A stretch of 64,000 bases of DNA from an uncultured Nitrospiraceae bacterium (GTDB lineage Bacteria > Nitrospirota > Thermodesulfovibrionia > Thermodesulfovibrionales > Dissulfurispiraceae). Shown one piece after another: positions 29,967 to 36,916 of this stretch. A program made the translations under genes and the position numbers. How positions within the stretch are numbered: the first letter of the stretch is position 1; each line of letters begins with the position of its first letter. The stretch is taken from positions 192,001-256,000 of the forward strand of contig CAVPIW010000005.1 of NCBI GenBank assembly GCA_963705105.1, read 5' to 3'. Under the pieces are notes generated by a model. That model worked only from the letters and a program-made list of their open reading frames with translations, ran no database searches and was not told where the DNA came from.

Positions 29967-30515
29967 TCAGACCACCACCCTTCTCACCTTCCTCAGCCTG
30001 GCGAATCTCGTGAACATGTTTTCGTGCTCCCTGTCCTTTTCGAACCCCATGAATTCGAACTTTTCGACCAGATTCTCCATGTCCCGCCGGTTCACTTCGA
30101 CCTTCGGTTCGTAGACGGCGACGAAGCCTCCAGGCCTGACTGCCTTCGCCATATTGAGGACCGCCCCTGTTTGATTGGTGATCTCGTGGAAGCTGTACAG
30201 AAAGATGGCCACGTCGATAGACTCTTCCTTCAATGCATACGTCGCGACATCACCGAGAATGATGTCGACCCTGTCGCCATATGCCGACATCCGTCTCCTG
30301 AGCTTCTTCACCATGCCCTGCTGCACGTCCATGGCGAGAACTTTGGACGCCCGCTGCACCAGGACCTCCGTCAGAAAGCCGTTTCCGGCGCCCGCCTCCA
30401 GGACGACCGAGGATTCATTCACCCCCGCCTCCAAGACAATCCTTGCCCTGTCGGTAAATAACTTGCGGATTGGGTTGTACAGGATGAAAGACAAATATGA
30501 CGGGCAGATGTGCAT
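29967..30515 (-). CDS. Class I SAM methyltransferase
   Basis: VLEAGAGNG, DVQQGM, SFHEI. Confidence 0.8.
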   Translation of the reverse strand: MHICPSYLSFILYNPIRKLFTDRARIVLEAGVNESSVVLEAGAGNGFLTEVLVQRASKVLAMDVQQGMVKKLRRRMSAYGDRVDIILGDVATYALKEESIDVAIFLYSFHEITNQTGAVLNMAKAVRPGGFVAVYEPKVEVNRRDMENLVEKFEFMGFEKDREHENMFTRFARLRKVRRVVV

Positions 30516-30629
30516 GGTCTAACCGGAGACCTCCCGGGACGGGATCGTGCTGTCAGATCGTTCCACGCTCCGCTGCATTTTGCTGTTCAATTTCCTGGTT
30601 TTTCAAGCTAATTCAAACGGATCGAGAGA

Positions 30630-31076
30630 TCACACCAGGGTCCAAGGTTTGGTGAAGTAGACTTTGCGTACTTCAGCGGCCTTATGCTCGGCCCATCTTT
30701 CCAAGCCCATCTTCTTAATCAAGCACAGATTGAACACTTTGATATTGTGGGGCAGATCGCCAGCCTTGTCAGCATATGGATGCAGGTTGTCGCAGGGAAA
30801 CTGATCGCAGTCGCCGCAAAATCTGAAACCCTTTTCGTGGGAACATTCATAGGCTGCACAATGATGCGCTTCACCGAAGACTTGTTTTTGAATTGGTATT
30901 TGGCCATTGTGGCTGCGACAACCTTTACAAAGCATTGCCTCAACCGGAATCTTGTATTCGCCGGATATTTTCTCAACTACAGCCATGGATTCCCGGTTCT
31001 CTTTGGCCAAATAGAAATGGCAATTGAAACAATCCAGGCCGCATGGAGCGGTCATTTGAAAATAGTCCATGGACAA
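30630..31076 (-). CDS. Cys-rich DUF3795-like protein
   Basis: APCGLDCFNC, CKGCR, FCGDCDQFPC; AGGAGG RBS. Confidence 0.75.
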   Translation of the reverse strand: MSMDYFQMTAPCGLDCFNCHFYLAKENRESMAVVEKISGEYKIPVEAMLCKGCRSHNGQIPIQKQVFGEAHHCAAYECSHEKGFRFCGDCDQFPCDNLHPYADKAGDLPHNIKVFNLCLIKKMGLERWAEHKAAEVRKVYFTKPWTLV

Positions 31077-31129
31077 TTTCCTCCTTCGCTAAACATTTGA
31101 AGCTTCAGACTCCTACTTGTATGTCCTGT

Positions 31130-31188
31130 TAGCAACGTTACGGCTGTGCGGTGCGCAATAGCGTGTCCGCACCGGCCGACGGTTCGGC
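31130..31188 (-). other. attC site (distal end of array)
   Basis: R'' GCCGAAC, palindrome CGGC..GTGCGG/CCGCAC..GCCG, R' GTTGCTA. Confidence 0.7.
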
Positions 31189-31371
31189 AGTCTTGGTTGC
31201 CACAATCATGATTTCATACTCGTCCAAGTCGAGAGTTCGTCTCCCCCAGTTGCCGGCCGTTCCGCCCCACATGTTGACGACAGACAGCCCCGCAAGGCGA
31301 AAGAGCAGCCTGAGTTCCGTTCCGACGAAACCGCGCTCCCATGCGGCCTTCTCCTTCATTGCTTTCTCCAT
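31138..31371 (-). pseudogene. Gene cassette holding only a C-terminal methyltransferase-like fragment
   Basis: ERGFVGTELRLLF..AGLSV..WGGTAG..EIMIVATK; ORF runs through attC. Confidence 0.5.
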
Positions 31372-31377
31372 AGGTCT

Positions 31378-31435
31378 GACGAACGCTAAGAATCACGGGG
31401 AGCGTGGAACGCGATCCCGTGAACGAGTGTTAGCG
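31378..31435 (-). other. attC site
   Basis: R'' CGCTAAC overlaps stop; TCACGGGA/TCCCCGTGA stem; R' GTTCGTC. Confidence 0.75.
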
Positions 31436-32113
31436 TGGCTTCTTTCCTTCTCGCTCCGTCAACCATTCAACGACTGCTCGAACGATCTGTTCATCGTAGC
31501 CCAGAAAACTGTGATCTGCACCGGAGATTCTGACCTGTTTAAACGCATCTGAGATCATCGAGCGCCGGTTTTCAGCGCTCTTCAGATCGAGAGGCGTTTG
31601 GTCGGCGAAGATGTCAATTACCGATAGTCGAATGCCCGACAGGTTCTGATTCGCGTCTAATGGCTTACCTCCACCTTCCAAGAGTCCTACGCCTATGTAC
31701 CCAACAATCACCGGCGTTGGCCTTTCAACAATAAAGGAAGTGGTCATCCGTGCCCCCATACTGTAACCCATTAGATAGATCCGCTTCACACCTTTCTCCC
31801 TCGTTAGGTAATCGATGGCTGCCTGGATGGTTTTATAGGCATCCGGAAAAGTTGGGGCATAGGCTCGGAAATCCTTAACGGGAAGCACTGGCATTTGAAG
31901 CGAAAGCGTGTAGAAACCAAGCTCTTTGTTAATGGCTTTGCGCAGCAGACCGACAACCTTCCCGTCCGGTCCTTCGCCTCTCCCATGTGCAAGAACGACG
32001 GCAGTTACGGTGTCTTTGCCTTCCAGCAACTCACTGCCGGGCGGCTGGGCATATACGATCGACACCAGCAGGAAGAATGTTATGGTGAGCAGCAATCGTA
32101 TAGAACGTTTCAT
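31430..32113 (-). CDS. Cassette gene: secreted alpha/beta hydrolase (DUF3530-like)
   Basis: Signal peptide, LAHG, GYSMG nucleophile elbow, GADHSF. Confidence 0.8.
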   Translation of the reverse strand: MKRSIRLLLTITFFLLVSIVYAQPPGSELLEGKDTVTAVVLAHGRGEGPDGKVVGLLRKAINKELGFYTLSLQMPVLPVKDFRAYAPTFPDAYKTIQAAIDYLTREKGVKRIYLMGYSMGARMTTSFIVERPTPVIVGYIGVGLLEGGGKPLDANQNLSGIRLSVIDIFADQTPLDLKSAENRRSMISDAFKQVRISGADHSFLGYDEQIVRAVVEWLTEREGKKPR

Positions 32114-32125
32114 GTTTTCTCCTTT

Positions 32126-32188
32126 CGCTGACGTGGGCTTCAGCGGGAGCCGGCTTTCTTGGCGGTCCGCTGGATGCCCTTGTTAACC
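32126..32188 (-). other. attC site with GTC crossover
   Basis: R'' GGTTAAC, GGGCATCCAGCGG/CCGCTGAAGCCC stem, R' GTCAGCG. Confidence 0.8.
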
Positions 32189-32490
32189 GCGGGTTTCTTC
32201 TTTGCTGGCTTCGGATTCAATTTGGAAGACTCCCGAGGCCTGGGAGCGGGAATACCGTAAAGCATGCCTTCGGCACTGATATCTTCATCAATATCGGTCC
32301 AATGCACACCATGGCCGTCTCCGATGATCTCCCAGTTTGCCCGCTGTTTCGGCGTAGCCTCCGACAACCTCCATGACCAGGCAAGCGGAACACTGATTGT
32401 CCTCCCATCCATAAGATGGGCCGTAATGGAGTCTTCGGTGACGTCTATATCCTTAATTCGCACTTCCTGTATTTGTACCGCAGTGTTCAT
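32140..32490 (-). CDS. Cassette gene: DUF2442 family protein (putative antitoxin)
   Basis: LMDGRTISVPLAWSWRL..GVHWTDIDEDIS. Confidence 0.8.
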   Translation of the reverse strand: MNTAVQIQEVRIKDIDVTEDSITAHLMDGRTISVPLAWSWRLSEATPKQRANWEIIGDGHGVHWTDIDEDISAEGMLYGIPAPRPRESSKLNPKPAKKKPAVNKGIQRTAKKAGSR

Positions 32491-32710
32491 TCCATGCCTC
32501 CGTGATCTTGTCTCTGTTCTTTACGATTATCCCCCGTATAATGTTGAGTTCTTTCGGCGCAAACCCCTGATTCCTCGATAGAGCCACCGGTTGAATCCAG
32601 AATTTGCAGACCATCCTTTCTCTCTGAATGTGGACATGCGTTCGTTCATTGCAGTCGAAACTGTAAAAGAAGAATCGGTATGGTCCCGCGATGTTCCTGA
32701 CTGTCGGCAT
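32453..32710 (-). CDS. Cassette gene: DUF4160 family protein (putative toxin)
   Basis: MPTV..GPYRFFFYS..HVHI..KFWI..WNEH. Confidence 0.8.
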   Translation of the reverse strand: MPTVRNIAGPYRFFFYSFDCNERTHVHIQRERMVCKFWIQPVALSRNQGFAPKELNIIRGIIVKNRDKITEAWNEHCGTNTGSAN

Positions 32711-32726
32711 ATCAAGTCTCTCTTAA

Positions 32727-32755
32727 ATTATAGGGGGATACGTGCGATCTGTCCA
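32727..32755 (-). promoter_or_regulatory. Sigma70-type promoter of the TA cassette
   Basis: TGGACA-17 nt-TATAAT just upstream of the DUF4160 ATG. Confidence 0.75.
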
Positions 32756-32769
32756 TATTTGTTTTGTGG

Positions 32770-32861
32770 GGTTAACGCCGAGTTGAGCGGGGTTCTCATA
32801 ATAAGGCCCGCCGGAGGCGGAGCCGGGTTATGGGAACCTTCGCTCGAACGACTTGTTAGCG
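32770..32861 (-). other. attC site (inside ORF-less cassette B)
   Basis: R'' CGCTAAC, GTTCGAGCG/CGCTCAAC L boxes, R' GTTAACC. Confidence 0.8.
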
Positions 32862-32970
32862 CCGCGCGAGTCAGCGCGCGGTGCGGTTTCATCGTCAGAT
32901 GAAAAACAAGGAGTAAGAGCGGTACTTTCCGCTCAACTCGGCGTAAGCGTCGCGCGCAGCGCGGCGCTTA
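32776..32970 (-). mobile_element. ORF-less gene cassette B (195 bp)
   Basis: Lies between crossovers G|TAAGCG and G|TTAACC; hairpin-rich; internal 21-bp mirror of its junction at 32929-32949. Confidence 0.65.
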
Positions 32971-33219
32971 CAGGGGCCGCTGAGCGGCTGCGACGGAGGC
33001 GGGAAGCCCACGAAGTTGTGGGCTGGTAGCTGCAGGAAGCAGTGCGCTCCAGTGGCTTGATGGGCGGCCTCTATCAGAGGACGCACAGCGAGACGCTGGG
33101 GGTGCAAGCACAGCGGCCCCTGATGGGGCGAGGCCTCCTTATTGTCGTTCATAGTCCCTGCCCATTGTATTTGTCGTTATTTATCGTGGGCAGGGACATT
33201 TTAAATATCCTCGCCCCAT
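32971..33219 (-). mobile_element. ORF-less gene cassette A, copy 2 (249 bp)
   Basis: Starts at attC crossover G|ATGGGG; 3 substitutions versus 34090-34338. Confidence 0.75.
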
Positions 33220-33304
33220 CGAAATGGCTGAGCCGCAGGGGAAATATAATTAATAAAAAAATACCTACAGTTAATCCCCTGTCGGATCGAGCCAGGTGTT
33301 ATCT
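33214..33304 (-). other. attC site with GAT crossover
   Basis: R'' AGATAAC matches cassette start GTTATCT; TGGCT..CAGGGGA/TCCCCTG..AGCCA stem; R' GATGGGG. Confidence 0.75.
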
Positions 33305-33319
33305 TTTGAGTTTTAATTT

Positions 33320-33544
33320 TCATTGTTTGTTTTTATTCTTGTAGCCAAAAAGGACAAGGCCGGCAAGACCGCCTAATATTGCAGAAGCAAATGTGGCCAT
33401 GAACCACCAGCCGTATGGATTCCAGCCTTTAGTTTTGTCCAAGATATAGAACCATACACCAGTAATAATGGTAGCGAGGACCATTCCCGAAATGACGAAG
33501 AGGATAGGATTTCCTTTTTTAGTATTTTGCCCTAAATATTCCAT
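33320..33544 (-). CDS. Cassette gene: small 2-TM membrane protein
   Basis: AT-rich ORF filling the space between two attC sites. Confidence 0.65.
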   Translation of the reverse strand: MEYLGQNTKKGNPILFVISGMVLATIITGVWFYILDKTKGWNPYGWWFMATFASAILGGLAGLVLFGYKNKNKQ

Positions 33545-33563
33545 TTGTCTTATTTAATTTTGA

Positions 33564-33627
33564 AGATAACGCTTGGCATCACCGGGAGCCAGTCTTATCG
33601 GCGATCCGGTGGATGCCGTGGTTATGG
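33564..33627 (-). other. attC site
   Basis: R'' CCATAAC overlaps stop; GGCATCCACCGG/CCGGTGATGCC stem with extrahelical base; R' GTTATCT. Confidence 0.85.
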
Positions 33628-34074
33628 GAATTCAAATCCTTCCTTGACACGGATATATCTGAACTTTGTTCCTGTCCCGACGTGCTCAAATAATATCTCT
33701 GAGTCTGTAGATTTCGTGATTAAATATTTGTCGGTAATGTATCGGGACTCCCCAAGATGCCTACCGTTAATATGCGTAGTAACCGTTGTTTTCAAGCTAC
33801 CATCCAAATGCCAGGTACCTGATTCCTCTTGATTCCATGTGGGCTTGCCATTATTGATAATACAAAATCTTACATAAAAGGTTCCGTCTGCCTTTCTCTG
33901 AAAAATTGCTTGGATATCACCATCTATTCCTTCCTGCTCATGAACGCCAAACCAATAGCCGATAAGCCGTTCTTTCTCTGGTCCATCCAATGAGGGTGGG
34001 TGTATCCTACTCGCGCACCCAAAAAATATTGGGATCAGAAGAATCGACCATAAACCTAAATGTTTCCAGTTCAC
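33622..34074 (-). CDS. Cassette gene: lipoprotein, lipocalin-like beta-barrel
   Basis: GAGGA RBS and GTG start, lipobox IFFG-C, LIGYW and ESGTW motifs. Confidence 0.65.
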   Translation of the reverse strand: MNWKHLGLWSILLIPIFFGCASRIHPPSLDGPEKERLIGYWFGVHEQEGIDGDIQAIFQRKADGTFYVRFCIINNGKPTWNQEESGTWHLDGSLKTTVTTHINGRHLGESRYITDKYLITKSTDSEILFEHVGTGTKFRYIRVKEGFEFP

Positions 34075-34089
34075 TAATTCCTCACATAA

Positions 34090-34338
34090 CAGGGGCCGCT
34101 GAGCGGCTGCGACGGAGGCGGGAAGCCCACGAAGTTGTGGGCTGGTAGCCGCAGGACGCAGTGCGCTCCAGTGGCTTGATGGGCGGCCTCTATCAGAGGA
34201 CGCACAGCGAGACGCTGGCGGTGCAAGCACAGCGGCCCCTGATGGGGCGAGGCCTCCTTATTGTCGTTCATAGTCCCTGCCCATTGTATTTGTCGTTATT
34301 TATCGTGGGCAGGGACATTTTAAATATCCTCGCCCCAT
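34090..34338 (-). mobile_element. ORF-less gene cassette A, copy 1 (first position, 249 bp)
   Basis: Removing it restores ATTAAATG|TTATGT, a GTT core at the putative attI. Confidence 0.75.
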
Positions 34339-34360
34339 CATTTAATATGACAAACAGGCG
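34333..34360 (-). other. Putative attI site
   Basis: First crossover upstream of intI: GTCATAT-TAAAT-G|ATGGGG; no attC-like palindrome on the intI side. Confidence 0.55.
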
Positions 34361-34376
34361 AATCATTCATGAAATC

Positions 34377-34406
34377 ACTTTAGCACAAAAAAGGGGAGTT
34401 CCGCAA
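34377..34406 (-). promoter_or_regulatory. Candidate Pc cassette promoter
   Basis: TTGCGG-18 nt-TAAAGT with TGn extended -10, pointing into the array. Confidence 0.4.
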
Positions 34407-34494
34407 AGGATATAAACCCCGCAAATCAATGGGCATTAATTGAAAATATATGGTATATTTTGGTATTAAGAACTATAAATGGTAATGGTGTTAT

Positions 34495-35802
34495 ATGAGC
34501 AATACGGCACAGCATAGCCCGGAACAGCTTCCCGACTTCCAGTCGTTTCTCCGGGAGCGCAAGCTGGCTCCGGACAAGAACATCCCTTATCTGGCCTATT
34601 GGGTGAGCCGTTTTCTCTCCTTTGCGCGGAAGCGCGACATCGACGCCTCAGAATACCGCGAACCGGCCGTCATCGAGTTCCTTGAAGCGCTCCGGTCCGA
34701 CACGCGGGTGCTCGACTGGCAGCCGCGGCAGGCCGAAGACGCGCTGAAGCTCTACTATGTCAATTTTCTCGGCAAGTCGCCGGCGCAGCCGGGCGGTTCT
34801 GCGCAGCCCGATTCCGTGCCGGCTGTGCTGCGGGAGGTCAAGCGCCACCTCAGGCTGCGGCATTACTCCTACAGCACGGAGAGAACGTATCTGCAATGGG
34901 CGGAGCGGTTTTTCTCCTACGCCCTGCATTCCGGACAGAAGGCCATTGCCGATTTGTCTTCAAAGGATGTCAGGGACTTCCTCAGCCACCTGGCCCTGAA
35001 ACAGAGGGTCTCGTCCTCGACGCAGAACCAGGCCTTCAATGCGCTTCTGTTTCTCTTCCGCCATGTCCTGGGCAGGGAAACAGCGGACCTCGGCGGCGCG
35101 GTGAGGGCGAAACGGGGGCCGAAGCTGCCCGTCGTGCTGTCCGTGGAGGAGGTGAAAAGACTCCTCTCGGCCATGAGTGGGACGACGCGGCTCATGGCGG
35201 AGCTGCTGTACGGCGCGGGGCTCCGTCTCATGGAGCTTGCCCGCCTGCGCGTCAAGGACATCGACTTCGATGCGCAGACCATCTTCGTCCGAAGCGGCAA
35301 GGGCGACAAGGACCGGTCGACGGTGCTCCCGGATGCTGTCAGGGATCGTTTGCAGGAGCATCTGCGCCAGGTGAAGGAGGTGCACGAGCGGGACCTCGGC
35401 CTGGGATACGGGGAGGTCCACCTGCCCGACGCCCTCGGCCGGAAGTATCCGAATGCCGGAAAGGAATGGGCCTGGCAGTATGTGTTCCCGTCGGTAAAGC
35501 TGTCCGTCGATCCCCGGACCGGACGGGTGGGGCGGCATCATATGAGCGATACGGCGATCCAGGAAGCGGTGAAGCGTGCTCTCCGAAAGGCGGGCATCGC
35601 AAAGCACGCGTCGGTGCACACGCTCCGCCACAGCTTTGCGACGCACCTGCTGATGGCAGGGGTGAATATCAGGGAGGTGCAGTCACTCCTGGGACACAAG
35701 AACGTGGAGACGACGATGATCTATACGCATGTGCTCAGAGATATGTCTAATGTACCCGCAAGCCCGCTCGATGCGCTGTACATGGATCATCCGGTTCGAT
35801 GA
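34495..35802 (+). CDS. intI: Integron integrase with N-terminal extension
   Basis: HYSYSTERTY, STQNQAFNAL, LLYGAGLR, KGDKDR, integron insertion ALGRKYPNAGKEWAWQYVFPS, HTLRHSFATHLL, LLGH, TTMIYTHV. Confidence 0.95.
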   Translation: MSNTAQHSPEQLPDFQSFLRERKLAPDKNIPYLAYWVSRFLSFARKRDIDASEYREPAVIEFLEALRSDTRVLDWQPRQAEDALKLYYVNFLGKSPAQPGGSAQPDSVPAVLREVKRHLRLRHYSYSTERTYLQWAERFFSYALHSGQKAIADLSSKDVRDFLSHLALKQRVSSSTQNQAFNALLFLFRHVLGRETADLGGAVRAKRGPKLPVVLSVEEVKRLLSAMSGTTRLMAELLYGAGLRLMELARLRVKDIDFDAQTIFVRSGKGDKDRSTVLPDAVRDRLQEHLRQVKEVHERDLGLGYGEVHLPDALGRKYPNAGKEWAWQYVFPSVKLSVDPRTGRVGRHHMSDTAIQEAVKRALRKAGIAKHASVHTLRHSFATHLLMAGVNIREVQSLLGHKNVETTMIYTHVLRDMSNVPASPLDALYMDHPVR

Positions 35803-35849
35803 CAGGGAGGATGGATTCCTGATACACCAATAATTCCCGACTATACAAA

Positions 35850-36073
35850 CAGGAAAAGGCCTATCCTCGCGCCAAGACGCCAAGGCCGCCAAGAACCGCA
35901 AATGCACAAGTGCTTAAAAACTTTCTTAGGATAAAGGTCTTTATCTTTCTTTGCGCTCTTTGCGGCTTTGCGTGAGACTATTCCTGGTTTTCTCTTTTAC
36001 GACCAGGAAAAGACATTCCTCGCGCCAAGACGCCAAGGTCGCCAAGAACCGCAAATGCACAATTGCTTAGAAT
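35850..36073. repeat. Two ~70-bp direct repeats with 9-nt periodic core, flanking an inverted related unit
   Basis: CTCGCGCCAAGACGCCAAGG(C/T)CGCCAAGAACCGCAAATGCACAA at about 35866 and 36019; TTTGCGCTCTTTGCGGCTTTGCGTGAGA at about 35950. Confidence 0.75.
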
Positions 36074-36075
36074 CT

Positions 36076-36165
36076 GTCCTCGTTTTCGAGGTCTCGCTGC
36101 AGGATATTTTGGACAGGGGTGAACTGAGCGGTTTATTTGGCGAAGAGATCATGCCCTATCCTCAT
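36076..36165. repeat. Two terminal fragments of MITE family A
   Basis: TCCTCG..GGTCTCGCTGCA..TTTTGGACA followed by GTTTATTTGGCGAAGAGATCATGCCCTATCCTC. Confidence 0.6.
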
Positions 36166-36193
36166 TACCCCGGCAATTGTTTATAATGTCCTT

Positions 36194-36916
36194 ATGCCGG
36201 GATTGAACAATATCGTTCGTATCGGGAATCTCACTCTGGGCAATGCGCCCGTCATCGCCGGCGTCCTGACGGACAGGGACGTGCTGTCCCTGGGCGCCGG
36301 AGACGTAGAAGGCGCCGACCTCCTCGAACTCCGCGTCGACATGTTCGACAATGTTGATGCCGGCCATGTCACCTCCGTCTTCAGGTCTGCGGCGGAAAAA
36401 TTCCGGAAACCCCTTCTTGCGACGGTCAGGGACCCGGCGGAAGGCGGCCGGAAAGACATACCGGACAGACTTTCCCTATACAGTGCCGTCCTTCCCCTCG
36501 CCGACGCAGCCGATGTCGAGATCGCATCGTCGGACCTATTGACCTCGGTGGCGAAACTCTATCAGAACCTGGGCCGCATACTCATCGGGTCGTACCACAA
36601 CTTTGCGGGCAGCCCCGGCGACGCCTTCCTCGAGGAGATCGTCCGACGGGGAAAAGCCCTGGGCGCCGACATCGTCAAGATCGCCCTCACAGCCGGAAGC
36701 AGGGACGACACGGCGCGGCTGATGTCCTTCACGTACCGCCACCGCGAGACACCTGTCATCACGATGTCCATGGGCGATGCCGGTCTGCCCTCCCGGGTCC
36801 TCTCCCCCATCCTCGGGTCACTCGTCACCTACGGGTACATCCGTCAGCCCTCGGCACCCGGTCAACTCTCCGTTACAGAACTACTGGACCTTTTTCAGCG
36901 CCTCAAGGTCCGCTAA
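36194..36916 (+). CDS. aroD: Type I 3-dehydroquinate dehydratase
   Basis: ADLLELRVD, EGG, SYHNF, ADIVKIA, MSMG, SAPGQL. Confidence 0.9.
   Translation: MPGLNNIVRIGNLTLGNAPVIAGVLTDRDVLSLGAGDVEGADLLELRVDMFDNVDAGHVTSVFRSAAEKFRKPLLATVRDPAEGGRKDIPDRLSLYSAVLPLADAADVEIASSDLLTSVAKLYQNLGRILIGSYHNFAGSPGDAFLEEIVRRGKALGADIVKIALTAGSRDDTARLMSFTYRHRETPVITMSMGDAGLPSRVLSPILGSLVTYGYIRQPSAPGQLSVTELLDLFQRLKVR

Noticed and set aside
32971..33219. Cassette A as a group IIC intron or IS1111-attC remnant
   Set aside because: No GTGCG start, domain V, RT or transposase remnant; it lies exactly at the R crossover, including at the putative attI. Not fully excluded without a search.
32895..34415. ORFs MNDNKEASPHQG.. 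and MRSSGLMGG.. appearing twice
   Set aside because: They are read through the palindromic cassette A, have different stops in the two copies and lack convincing SD or domains.
35850..36073. Possible mini CRISPR array
   Set aside because: Only two ~70-bp repeats, the spacer is itself a repeat-family unit, and there are no cas genes in the window.
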